From: Rebecca billardiae RCC1528
Taxonomy: Eukaryota > Protista > Haptophyta
NCBI GenBank assembly: GCA_965240325.2
Contig: OZ251234.1
Span: forward strand, 372,001 to 436,000
Direction of reading: 5' to 3'
Length of the DNA stretch: 64,000 nucleotides
In this document: positions 13,101 to 25,787 of the stretch, one piece after another
Numbering within the stretch: position 1 is the first letter of the stretch
Layout of the letters: every line of letters begins with the position of its first letter
The notes under the pieces: generated by a model
Databases searched by the model: none
What the model was told of the DNA's origin: nothing
What the model saw: the letters and a program-made list of their open reading frames with translations, nothing else
Made by a program: the position numbers and the translations under genes

Positions 13101-14099
13101 CCGCCGAGCGTGCCTCCGCCGTCGCCGCCGCCGCCGCCGCCGCCGCTGCCGCCGCCGAGCCCGCCGTCGCCGCCGCCACCGCCGCCTTCGCCCTCGCCGC
13201 CGCCGCCCTCGTCGCCGCCCAGCCCCCCGACCCCGCCGCCGCCCAGCGCGCCGCCGCCGCCCTCGCCGCCCTCCTTGCCGCCGTCTGAGCCGCCCGCGCT
13301 GCCGCCCATCCCGGGCTGCGAGCCGCTCGCCCTCAAGCTGCTCGCGCTGAGCACCGCCTCGGGGCGCACGCTCGCCAACGAGGGCTTCGCCGCGGAGATC
13401 GCCGCGGTGTTCGGCGCGACTAACCCCGAGTTCGCCGAGCTCGCCGCCGAGCTCGCGGGCAACGGGCTCACGATCGGGTGCGCCGAGCTGCCGCTGTCGG
13501 TCACGTTCCACGCGACGAGCGGGCTCGCCCGGCTCGCGGGCGCGTACCTGCGGATCTCGTCCGACTGGTGGCTGAAGCGGCCGCGCGCCATCGAGCTGTA
13601 CGCGCAGCTGAGCGACGAGTCGTGGGCGCTCGAGAGCGCGTACACCTTCCCGGGCGACTCGGCCACCGCGTGCGGCGACGGCGTCGACACGTTTGGCCTG
13701 CAGCCGTGCACTCAGACGACGTACTCGTACCTCAACGCACAGCTGGGCAACGGCGACTACCCGGCGGGGCTCAACCGGACCGGCGAGTTCCGGCTGGACT
13801 TCGTGGACGGGTACTGCAACGGCAACCTCTTCAAGCTGCACGACGTGCGGCTGATCTCGTCGGGCTGCGGCTCGCCGCCGCCGCCGCCGCCGTCGCTCCC
13901 GCCGCCGAGCCCGCCGAGCCCGCCGCCGCCAAGCTCGCCGCCGCCGCCGTCGCCGTCGCCACCGCTGCCGCCGTCGCCCGCGCCGCCGCCGCCGCCGCCG
14001 CCGGACCCGCCCATCCCGCCGTTCCCGCCGCCGCAGTCGCCTCCGCCGCCGCTGCCGTCGCCGCCGTCGCCGCCGCCGTCGCCCGGGCCGCCGCCCGAG

Positions 14100-14130
<31 letters not shown>

Positions 14131-14328
14131 TGCCGCCGTCGCCGCCGCCGCCGCCGCCGCCGCCGCCGAGCGCGCCGCCGCCGAGCGCGCCGCCGCCGCC
14201 CAGCCCACCGCCGCCCAGCCCGCCCCCGCCGCCGCCGTCGCTGCCGCCGCCGCCGCCCTCGGCGCCGCCGCCAGCGCCTCCGCTGCCGCCGCCGCCCTCG
14301 CCGCCGCCGCAGGCGCCGCCGCCGCCCA

Positions 14329-14367
<39 letters not shown>

Positions 14368-14568
14368 GCCTGCCGCCGCCGAGCCTTCCGCCGGCACCGC
14401 CGCCGCCCACGCCGCCCACGCCGCCGTCGCCGCCGCCAGAGTCGCCCTTCCCGCCGCCGTTCCCCACGCCGCCGCCGCCCGTGCCGCCGCCACGCCCGCC
14501 GCCCGCGCCGCCGCCGGCGCCGCCTCCGAGCCCGCCGCCACCGCCGCCGCCGAGCCCACCGCCGCCCT

Positions 14569-14610
<42 letters not shown>

Positions 14611-14935
14611 GGCTCCCGCCGCCGCCGAGCCCGAGCCCAGTGCCGCCGCCGAGCCCGCCGCCGAGCCCGCCGCCACCCCCGCCGAGCCCGCCGCCGAGCC
14701 CGCCGCCGAGCCCGCCGCCGAGCCCGCCGCCGCCGCCGCCGCCGCCGACTCCTCCGCCAAGCCCGCCGCCCTCGCCGCCACCGCCGCCGCCGCCCCCTCC
14801 CACGCCACCACCCTCGCCACCGCCGCCGAGCCCGCCGCCACCGTCGCCGTCGCCGCCGCCGCCGCCTCCGCCACCGCCGCCGCCCACGCCGCCGTCGCCG
14901 CCGCCGCCACCGCTGCCCGCGCCGCCGCCGAGCCC

Positions 14936-14976
<41 letters not shown>

Positions 14977-15216
14977 CGTCACCACCCCCTCCGCCGCCAC
15001 CGACGCCGCCACCGAGCCCGCCGCCGCCGCCGCCTCCGACGCCGCCGCCAAGCCCGCCGCCTTCGCCGCCGCCGCTGCCGCCGCCGTCGCCGCCGCCGAG
15101 CCCGCCGCCGTCGCCTCCGCCGAGCCCGCCGCCGTCGCCGCCGCCGCGCCCGCCGCCGAGCCCGCCGCCGTCGCCGCCACCGAGCCCGCCGCCGCCGCCC
15201 AGTCCGCCGCCACCCT

Positions 15217-15247
<31 letters not shown>

Positions 15248-16131
15248 CAAGGCGCCGCCGCCGCCGCTCCCATCGCCGCCGCCCTCGGCGCCGCCAATGC
15301 CGCCGCCGAGCCCGCCGCCGGCGCCGCCGCCTTCGCCGCCGCCTTCGCCGCCGCCGCGCCCGCCACCGAGCCCGCCGCCGAGCCCGCCGCCGCCGCCGCC
15401 GCCGCCGCCACCCACGCCGCCACCGAGCCCGCCCCCACTGCCGCCGCCCTCGCCGCCGCCTTCCCCGCCGCCCTCGCCGCCGCCCTCGCCGCCGCCCTCG
15501 CCGCCGCCCAGGCCGCCGCCCTCGCCGCCGCCGAGCCCGCCGCCGCCGCCCTCGCCGCCGCCGCCCTCGCCCTCACCGCCGCCGCCGCCGCCACCGCCGC
15601 CGCCACCGCCACCGCCGAGCGCGCCGCCGCCTCCGCCGCCACCTTCGCCCCCACCGTCGCCACCGCCGCCGCCGCCGCCGACGCCGCCGCCGAGCCCGCC
15701 GCCGAGCCCGCCGCCGAGCCCGCCGCCGAGCCCGCCGCCGAGCCCGCCGCCGAGCCCGCCGCCGCCGCCGCCGCCCATGCCGCCGCCGTCGCCGCCGCCC
15801 CCACCGCCGCCATCGCCGCCGCCGAGCCCACCGCCGTCGCCGCCGCCGTCACCGCCGCCGTCACCGCCACCGCCACCCCCGCCGTCGCCGCCGCCGTCGC
15901 CGCCGCCGTCGCCGCCGCCCGCGCCGCCGCCGAGCCCGCCGCCGAGCCCGCCACCGAGCCCGCCGCCCGCGCCGCCGCCGAGCCCGCCGCCGAGCCCGCC
16001 TCCGAGCCCGCCGCCAGCGCCGCCACCGAGCCCGCCGCCCAGCCCGCCGCCGTCGCCGCCGCCGATCCCACCGCCCTCGCCGCCGCCGTCGCCGCCGCCG
16101 AGCCCACCGCCGCCGTCGCCGCCGCCCCCGT

Positions 16132-16164
<33 letters not shown>

Positions 16165-18189
16165 GCTTCCCGCCGCCGCCATCGCCGCCGCCGCCTCCCT
16201 CGCCGCCGCCGCCAAGCCCGCCGCCGAGCCCGCCACCGTTGCCGCCGCCGCCGCCGCCGCCGAGCCCGCCGCCGAGCCCGCCGCCGGTACCCCCGCCGAG
16301 CCCGCCGCCCTCGCCGCCGCCCTCGCCGCCGCCCTCGCCGCCGCCGTCGCCGCCGCCGCCGCCGCCGCCGTACGACGAGTGCGCGCCGCTCGTCGCGACG
16401 CCGACGTACGCGTTCGCCGGGGGCGCGGCCGACGGCGCGGGCGCCGACCTGACGAACAACGCGAAGATCAACCGGCTCTTCGACACGTCGCTCATGACGG
16501 CGGGCAGCACGTGGCCGTGCTCGCACCTGCCGCTCACGATCGAGTTCGACGTGTCGGGCGGGCACGGCGCGCGCGACACAATGTACCTGCGCGTGGTCGC
16601 CGAGGGCAACTCGAAGCGGCCGCAGGACATGGAGCTGTACGCGCAGCTCGACGACGCGAACGGCACGTACCGGCTCGAGGCAGCGTTCACCTTCCCCGCC
16701 GCGGACTCGAACTCGTGCGGCGACGGCAACGTGACGTTTGGCGGCGAGCCGTGCGAGACGGCCAACACGCGCTCGTTCGCCAACGTGCAGGTGCCCTCGT
16801 CCACGCCCGACGACGACGGCCTCGTCGGCGGCTCGGTCTCGGGCTCGGTCTCGGGCAGCGTCGAGAGCTACACGCTCAGCCCGAGCGGCGAGTTCGTCGA
16901 GAGCAGCGGCCACTACCGCCTGGTCGTGCGCAGCGCGTACTGCACGCAGCGCTTCTTCACGCTGTACGAGGTGCAGGCCATCTCGTCTGACTGCCAGAGC
17001 CCGCCGCCGCCGAGCCCGCCGCCGCCGAGCCCGCCGCCGCTCCCGCCGCCGAGCCCGCCGCCGAGCCCGCCGCCGTCGCCGCCGCCGAGCCCGCCGAGCC
17101 CGCCGCCGCCCTCGCCGCCGCCGCCAAGCCCGCCGCCGCCCTCGTCGCCGCCGCCGCCGCCGAGCCCGCCCTCGCCGCCGCCGGGCGAGTGGTGCGCGTA
17201 CGTGGTCGTCACGATCGTCAAGGACCCGTGGCCCGAGGAGACGCGCTGGGAGATCCGCAAGCTGAACGAGACGGGCGACGGCGCGCCCGCGGTCGTGCTC
17301 GAGCGCGAGAACCAGGAGTCTGGCGGCAACTGCCTGCTCGACGGCTCGTACGTGTTCGAGATCACCGACTCGTTTGGCGACGGCGTCCGGCTCGGCAGCT
17401 TCCAGGTGCACATCGGGCTGGACAAGGACGGGACGGGCGAGGGCGAGCTGCTGTGCGAGGGCTCCAACTTTGGGCGCATCAAGCAGTGCCCGTTCGTGCT
17501 GCGCACGCCGTCGCCCGAGCCGCCGCCGAGCCCGCCGCCGAGCCCGCCGCCGCCGAGCCCGCCGCCGAGCCCGCCGCCGAGCCCGCCGCCGCCGAGCCCG
17601 CCGCCGAGCCCGCCGCCGTCGCCGCCGCCGTCGCCGCCGCCGAGCCCGCCGCCCTCGCCGCCGCCCTCGCCGCCGCCGTTGCCGCCGCCGAGCCCGCCGC
17701 CCTCGCCACCGCCGTCGCCGCCGCCGTCGCCGCCGCCGAGCCCGCCGCCGTCGCCGCCACCGTCGCCGCCGCCGTCGCCGCCGCCCTCGCCGCCGCCGCC
17801 CTCGCCGCCGCCGCCCTCGCCGCCGCCGCCGTCGCCGCCGCCGCCCTCGCCGCCGCCGCCCTCGCCACTGCCGCCCTCTCCGCCGTCGGAGCCGCCGCCG
17901 CCGCCCTCGCCCACGTCCTACCCGATGTTCCTCGAGTTCGACTTCCCAGACAAGCTGCAGGTGGAGACGGCGTCGCTGCCGCACGTCGTGCAGCCGCCCG
18001 CCGATCTGCCCGAGTTCCCCTCGTTCGTCGGCTTCGACATGCAGGGCGTGCCGGCGTCGCTCGTGATCTCGGCCCTGCCGAAGATCACGCCGCAGATGCC
18101 CGAGCTGCCGCGCATGCTGCTCTCGATCCCGATGATGCTGCCCGAGCAGCCGTCGCCGCCGCCGTCGCCGCCGCCGTCGCCGCCGCCCT

Positions 18190-18255
<66 letters not shown>

Positions 18256-21200
18256 TGTGCCGCAACCGCTTCACGACGTCCTTCTGCTGGCGGCACCGCG
18301 CCAAGTGCTGGTGCCCGCTCATCCGCAACCTGTGCGAGCGCACGTGCCGCCGGTGCAACCCGACAGAGTGCAACGACGCGTACGGCTCGCACTTCTGCAG
18401 CTTCCGCACGTACAAGTGCCACAAGCCGTACATGGTGGAGGGGTGCAAGGCGACGTGCGGCTTCTGCGGCGGCACGCCGCCCGCGTCGCCGCCGCCGTGG
18501 TCTTGCTTCGACGAGCGCTCCGCCGCCTTCTGCGACGACGCGCTCTCCAAGGGGCGGTGCGCGACGTCCGAGCTCGTGCGCACGCGCTTCTGCAAGTCGA
18601 CGTGCGGTGCGTGCACGCCCGTCGGCGCGTACGCCGTGTGCGAGTCGCACGGCGACCCGCACTTCACGACGTGGACGGGCGTGCGGTACGACTGGCAGGG
18701 CCTCGGGCCGTACACGCTCGCGGACGTGCCCCTCGCCAACCTGCACATGCAGGCGTACCAGTGCCGCTGGGGGTACGGCGCGTCCTCGAACGCGGCGCTC
18801 GCGTTCACGCTCGGGGACCACCTGTACGAGCTGTACGGCCCCTCGCTCTTCATCGACGGCAAGGGCTCCGGCATCAACGGCGGCGGCCGCCGCGCGCTCG
18901 GCGACGGCTCGACCGTCACGGTCGACGACAAGACGGTCGCCGTCGAGTTCGACGAGGTGTCGATCTCGATCGCGCGGCGCGACGGCTCGCTGGTCGCGGC
19001 GGTGGGCCACTGGCACGACGCGACGATCCGGATGCCCACGCCGCGCACGCGCGGCGCGTCCGGCCTGTGCACGAGCCAGCAGTCCGGCGCGGCCGAGCTG
19101 TCCGCCTCTGAGCTGCTCTTCACGCGCCAGGGGCGGCTCAGCACGATCGTCGAGAACTGCCTGCGCACGCCCGCCGGCGGCGAGGGCCCGGGCGGCGAGT
19201 GCAACAACCCGGGCAAGGACTGCTGCTTCCGGCCGATCGGCGAGGTGGAGGCGCTCTGCGCCAACGTGATCTGCGACCCGGTGAACCACGAGCGCTGCAT
19301 GTACGACTGCTGCCTGGCGGGCGTGGACGAGTGCGCCGCCGGGTACCTCGACTACATCCCGTGCCCGCCGCCGCCGTCGCCGCCGCCGCCGTACTTTCCG
19401 AGCCCGCCGCCGAGCCCGCCGCCGCCGAGCCCGCCGCCGAGCCCGCCGCCGAGCCCGCCGCCGCCGAGCCCGCCGCCGAGCCCGCCGCCGCCGAGCCCGC
19501 CGCCGTCGCCGCCGCCGAGCCCGCCGCCGCCGAGCCCGCCGCCGAGCCCGCCACCGAGCCCTCCGCCGCCGAGCCCGCCGCCGAGCCCGCCGCCGTCGCC
19601 GCCGCCGTCGCCGCCGCCGTCGCCGCCGCCGAGCCCGCCGCCGAGCCCGCCGCCGTCGCCGCCGCCGTCGCCGCCGCCCAGCCCGCCGCCACCGAGCCCG
19701 CCGCCGAGCCCGCCGCCCTCGCCTCCGCCCTCGCCGCCGCCCTCGCCGCCGCCGAGCCCGCCACCCTCGCCGCCGCCGCCGAGCCCGCCGCCGAGCCCAC
19801 CGCCGAGCCCGCCGCCGAGCCCGCCGCCGAGCCCGCCGCCCTCGCCGCCGCCGAGCCCCCCGCCCTCGCCGCCGCCCTCGCCGCCGCCCTCGCCGCCGCC
19901 GCCCTCGCCGCCGCCCTCGCCGCCGCCCTCGCCGCCGCCCTCGCCGCCGCCGAGCCCTCCGCCGTCGCCGCCGCCCTCGCCGCCGCCCTCGCCGCCGCCG
20001 AGCCCTCCGCCGTCGCCGCCGCCGTCGCCGCCGCCGTCGCCGCCGCCATCGCCACCACCGAGCCCGCCGCCGTCCCCGCCGCCGCCCTCGCCGCCGCCGT
20101 CGCCGCCGCCGAGCCCGCCGCCTGCGCCGCCGCCAAGCCCGCCACCGAGTCCGCCGCCGCCCTCGCCGCCGCCCTCGCCGCCGCCGTCCCCGCCGCCGAG
20201 CCCGCCGCCTGCGCCGCCGCCCTCGCCGCCGCCCTCGCCGCCGCCGAGCCCGCCGCCGTCTCCGCCGCCGAGCCCGCCGCCGCCGAGCCCGCCGCCATCG
20301 CCCCCGCCGAGCCCGCCGCCGTCGCCGCCGCCGTCGCCGCCGCCGGCGCCGCCACCGTCCCCGCCGCCGAGCCCGCCGCCGAGCCCGCCGCCGAGCCCGC
20401 CGCCTGCGCCGCCGCCGAGTCCGCCGCCCAGCCCACCACCGAGCCCGCCGCCGAGCCCGCCGCCGCCGAGCCCGCCGCCGAGCCCGCCGCCCTTGCCGCC
20501 TCCGTCCCCGCCGCCGTCGCCGCCGCCGAGCCCGCCGCCCTTGCCGCCGCCGAGCCCGCCGCCGAGCCCGCCGCCGTCGCCGCCCCCGCCGTCGCCTCCG
20601 CCGAGCCCGCCGCCGAGCCCGCCGCCGCCGAGCCCGCCGCCGTCGCCGCCGCCGAGCCCGCCGCCGAGCCCGCCGCCGCCATCGCCGCCGCCCTCGCCGC
20701 CGCCGAGCCCTCCGCCTGCGCCGCCGCCGAGCCCGCCGCCGAGTCCGCCGCCGAGCCCGCCGCCTGCGCCGCCACCGAGCCCGCCGCCGAGCCCGCCGCC
20801 TGCGCCACCGCCTGCGCCGCCGCCGAGCCCGCCGCCGAGCCCGCCGCCTGCGCCGCCGCCCGCGCCGCCGCCGAGCCCGCCGCCGAGCCCGCCGCCGAGC
20901 CCGCCGCCTGCGCCGCCGCCGAGTCCGCCGCCCAGCCCACCACCGAGCCCGCCGCCGAGCCCGCCGCCGCCGAGCCCGCCGCCGAGCCCGCCGCCCTTGC
21001 CGCCTCCGTCCCCGCCGCCGTCGCCGCCGCCGAGCCCGCCGCCCTTGCCGCCTCCGTCCCCGCCGCCGTCGCCGCCGCCGAGCCCGCCGCCCTTGCCGCC
21101 TCCGTCGCCGCCGCCGTCGCCGCCGCCGCCCTCGCCGCCGCCGCCCTCGCCGCCGCCGCCCTCGCCGCCGCCGCCCTCGCCACCGCCGCCCTCGCCGCCG

Positions 21201-24200
21201 CCGCCCATCCCTCCGCCCGCGCCGCCGAGCCCGCCAAGCCCGCCGTCGGCGCCGCCGCCGCCCAGGCCGCCGCCGCCGCCGCACTGCGACGGCAGCGAGC
21301 AGCTCACCGAGGGCCTGATCGCCTCGTTCAACCTGCAGAGCGGCGCGCCCGGCTTCAAGGTCGCCGGCAGCGACACGGAGTCGGCCGCCTCGTTCGCCTA
21401 CTTTGTGACCCACGCCGCGCCGGCGTCGGGCAAGGTCGAGGGCACCGTGCAGGGCTTCTCGTACCTGCGCTCGCGCCGGAGCTATGCGACGACCGTCGCG
21501 CCCGCCGCGGAGGTGGTGCCCGTGCTGCGCACCTCGACGGTGTACGCGGACCGCAGCAGCGTGCGCGTCGCGTACCAGGTGCGCGACGCGCAGGGCCGCA
21601 CGTCCGTCGACTCGAGCAACCTGAACGCTCGGCTCTGGCTGCGCAAGGTGGGCTCGACGCAATCGAGCTACACGAGCTGCGGCGGCGCGAGCGGCGCCGG
21701 CAGCATCGGCGAGTGCACCGTCAGCCTCGACGCGTCGTGGTTCGGCGGGGCGGACGCCGAGGCGACGGTGGACGTCGCGATCCGCTACGGCTCGCTCACG
21801 GTCGCGATGCGCTCGGCGGGCACGCTCACGCTGCGCGGCTCGCCCGCGCACGGCGAGCTCAGCTCGGCGGGCATGCTCGCGACGCTCGAGAGCGCGCCGG
21901 TCTTCCCGGGCGACTCGTTCGACGTGGTGCTCAGCGCGCACACCGGCGGCTTCGCGCTCAAGGCGTGGGAGATCGCGCTGAGCTACGACAGCGCCTCGCT
22001 CAGCTACGAGGGCGCGACCGGCTCGGGGCTGTACGACGCAAACCCGCAGGGCTCGGACGGCGAGCTCACCGTGAACGTGCCGGGCACGGACACGGCGGAC
22101 GCGCTCGTCACCGGCGGCGCGGTGCACCTGCTCACGCTCACCTTCGGCGTGCGCGCCGGCGTCACCGCCGGCGCGACGCTGAGCGACGTGCTCTCGTTCA
22201 CCGCCGTCGCGATGATCAACGCGGGCAACGTCCAGTTCCTCTCGAACGCGGCCGGCCAGGTGGCCGACCACCGGGACGGGCTGCACGCGTCGGGCGAGGT
22301 CGTCGTCGACGCGGTGCGCGTGGTGGGCGCGCACGCGTACACGGACATCGTCGAGGTGGTGAACACCGCGCCGCTCACGGGCTCCGCGCTCAGCGCGCAG
22401 CTCACCGTGCTCGAGCACTACTCGCGCGCCGCGACCGGCTCGAGCGTGCAGACGAGCGCGTACACGTGCGGCGTCGCGGACGCCAACGCGACGGCCGTGC
22501 TCGAGGTAAACGCCGCGACGTGCGAGCTCACGCTCGGCCCGGAGCACACGGCGGGTGCCGCGCGCGTGAGCATCACCGCCGCCTCCGCCGCCGACCCGGC
22601 CATCAACGCCACCACGCCGATGCGCGTGTGGTACCCGCTGAGCACGTCGCTCGGCGTGTCCGACGCGCGGCTGCAGCAGGTCGAGCTGCTGCAGGCCGCG
22701 GGCGCGTGCGGCTCGCCCGGCTTCCAGAGCGCCGACCTGCTGCTCACCGCCACGTTCGGCGGCGCCGGGCTGGAGACGAGCGCGCCGCTCGACGTGTCCG
22801 CGCTCGCCGCGTTCGAGACGAGCGACTCCTCCGTCGTCCAGGTCGACGGCTCCGTCGTGACGGGCAAGACGGTGGGCAGCGCGACGATCGGCGTCGGCAA
22901 CGGCGCCGCCGTCGCCGACACGGTCGACGTGCTGGTCGACGCGCAGCTGGTGAACGTGACGATCAGCGCGGTGGTCGCGTCGTCGATCTCGTTCACCTCG
23001 TCGCCGCCCTCCACGATCCCCGTCGCGAGCGCCGCGGCGGCAAGCTTCGACGTCGCCGCCTCGGCCGTGCAGGAGCTGAAGCTCGAGGGCGACCGCGCGG
23101 GCGTGTACGCCTGGGGCGCGTTTGGCGACGGCACGGTGCGCGCGATCAAGCCGTCGGAGATGCTCGTGCTCTCGCGCTCGGACGGGATCGAGCTGATCGA
23201 GGGCGACGCCTCGACGCCGTGGAAGATCGAGGTCGCGACCGGCGCCTTCGCCGAGTGCGGCCTGCTCGTGCAGGCCGAGTGGTACGTGTGCGACACCGTG
23301 GTCGCCAACGGGTACGCGACCGTGTTCCTCGACCTGCCCAAGGCGGGCGCGCTGCTCGTCTCGGCGGACGAGGAGCGCGTGACGACGCCGGACGACCCGG
23401 TGGCGCAGTACCCCGTGTCGGTGGCGACGTCGAGCGAGGTCGTCGTCAAGGTCGAGTTCGAGACGGGCGCCGTCGTCGACTTCTCCGACGACCCGCGCGT
23501 GACGGTGCGCGTCGCCGCGTCCTCGCAGGCGTGCGCGTTCATGTCGAGCTCGACCAAGTTCAGCATGCGCACCAACTCGACGTGCTCCGAGGTGGAGGTG
23601 CACGTGCAGCTCTCGGCGTACGCGCTGGGCGCGACGCTCTTCGTGCCCGTCGTCTACCTCGAGCGCCTGTACGTCACCGCCTCGCCGTACCCGGCGTACT
23701 CGGGCTCGACGGGCGTCGTGAAGAGCACGCTGCACAAGATCGACTGCACCGACCACTTCCAGCACGCGAGCGCGGTCGCGATCGCGCGGCTGACCGACGG
23801 CGACGAGGTGCCCGTGACGGTCGCCGCGGCGTTCGGCTCGACGAACAGCTCGGTCGTGCGCGTCGAGGGCACGCGGCTGCGCGGCGAGAACGCGGGCAGC
23901 GCGGTGATCACGAGCGTGTGGGCGGCGACGCGCTCCGAGCCGTACCCGATGCTCGTCTCGATGGTGCCGGTCGTCGTGAGCGGCCTGCAGCTTCGCTTCA
24001 ACGGGCTGGCGCAGAACACGCTGGTCGGGCCGGTGGGCACGGAGCGGAGCAGCCGCGTGCGCGTCGACTTCGACGACGGCACCGTCTTCACCAACTTCTT
24101 CTCGCAGGTCGACTGGATCCCGACCTCGGAGCTGCTGCTCTTCTCGAGCGGCGCGACGAGCGCCGTCACCGTCTCGGCCGAGGGCGTGATGCGCCTGCTC

Positions 24201-25676
24201 GGCAACCACCCCGAGCTGGTGGTGATGACGGTGACGTCGGCGTGCGACGCGGCGACGCTGGACACGAACAGCCTCGCGGCCAACCTCGCCGCCGAGGACG
24301 GCGACGTCGACCTCGGCAGCCGGTACGGCCTGCAGTTCGAGCAGGACGGCGACACGCTCAAGGTGGAGGTGCGCGTGCACGCGGACGGCCAGCTCAAGAA
24401 CTTCCAGATCAACCTCGAGATCGACCCGTCGGTGTTCGTCGCGAGCGCGTGCGACCAGGGCGCCGACTGGAGCGGGCTGTGGTCGTGCACGCGCAACGAC
24501 CCGGTCGACGTCGTCACCATCGTGGGCAACAACGCCGACTCGACCAAGTCGGGCGACAACCTCGAGGTGGCGGTCGTCTACTTCACGGTGCAGTCGTCCG
24601 CGCAGTCGACGATCGGCGGCTCGATCCTCGAGCTGATCCAGTACGTGGGCGGCGTGGAGCAGCGCACGGTGGGCGGCACCGTCTTCGCGGGCGAGGGCGT
24701 CGCCGCCGTGAGCACGAGCCGCCGCCGCCGCCTCGCGGCCGTGCAGCGCCAGTCGGCGCAGCGGCTCGCCGCCGCGCGCGCCGCGCAGCCGCCGCGCCGC
24801 CGGCTGCAGTCGTCGATCACGACCGCGGACATCCAGTACCTCGTGTACGAGGAGTGGAACCTGGACGGCGACTGCGCGTCCAAGTGCGCCGTGCTGGGCG
24901 ACCTCAACGGCGACTGCTCCTTCTCGTCGTACGACGTCTTCGCCGGCTCGATCGTGCTCAGCGGCATCTCGCTCGGCGCGGTCACGTTCAGCGACCTGTG
25001 CCCGGCCATCCAGAGCCGGCTCGACCCCAACCTCGACTCTGCGTTCGGCCTCGCCGACATCCGGTACCTGCTGCTCACGGTCGGGCGCAAGCTGCACTTC
25101 GTGGTGGACGTGAGCGCGGACGCGTCCGACATGATCGCGGGCACGACGGGCGACCTCGTCTTCGCCGTCGCGCTGCGCAACTACGCGGGCGCGCCCGTGT
25201 CGACGCAGGCGGGCGTGCGCGCCGAGATCGCCTACCCCAAGAAGGACGGCGAGCCTGTGTACGCGCTGGGCGCGGGCGACGGGCGCACGCCGGCGAACAA
25301 CTGGCTGGCCGAGCTCGCGCTCTTCAACGCGTCGGCCGGCGTGTACGCGGTGCACGTGCACGCCGCGCCGTACTGGGTGTCCAGCCGCACGTTCGGCATC
25401 GCGTTCATGCTCGAGACGGTCGACGGCTCGGGCGGCACGGAGAGCGAGCGCAACCTCGCCTTCTTCGGCAGCAGCGCGTCGCCGTACGCGGAGCAGGGCT
25501 CGTCGTTCTCGCCGTTCACCACGGTGACGGTGGGCGGGCCGACGAACATCGCGCTGCCGCCGAGCCCGCCGCCGCCCACGCCGCCTCTGTCGCCGCCGCC
25601 GCCCTCCACGCCGCCGCCGCCGCCTCAGTCGCCGCCGCCCTCGCCGCCGCCGCCGCCGTCGCAGCCGCCGCCGCTC

Positions 25677-25709
<33 letters not shown>

Positions 25710-25755
25710 AGCCCGTCGCCGCCGTCGCCACCCAGCCCGCCGCCGCCGCCGCCCT

Positions 25756-25787
<32 letters not shown>

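Noticed and set aside
13757-16804. Poly-Gly minus-strand ORFs (also 11702-13711 and 19352-21376)
   Set aside because: Reverse complement of the poly-Pro codons.
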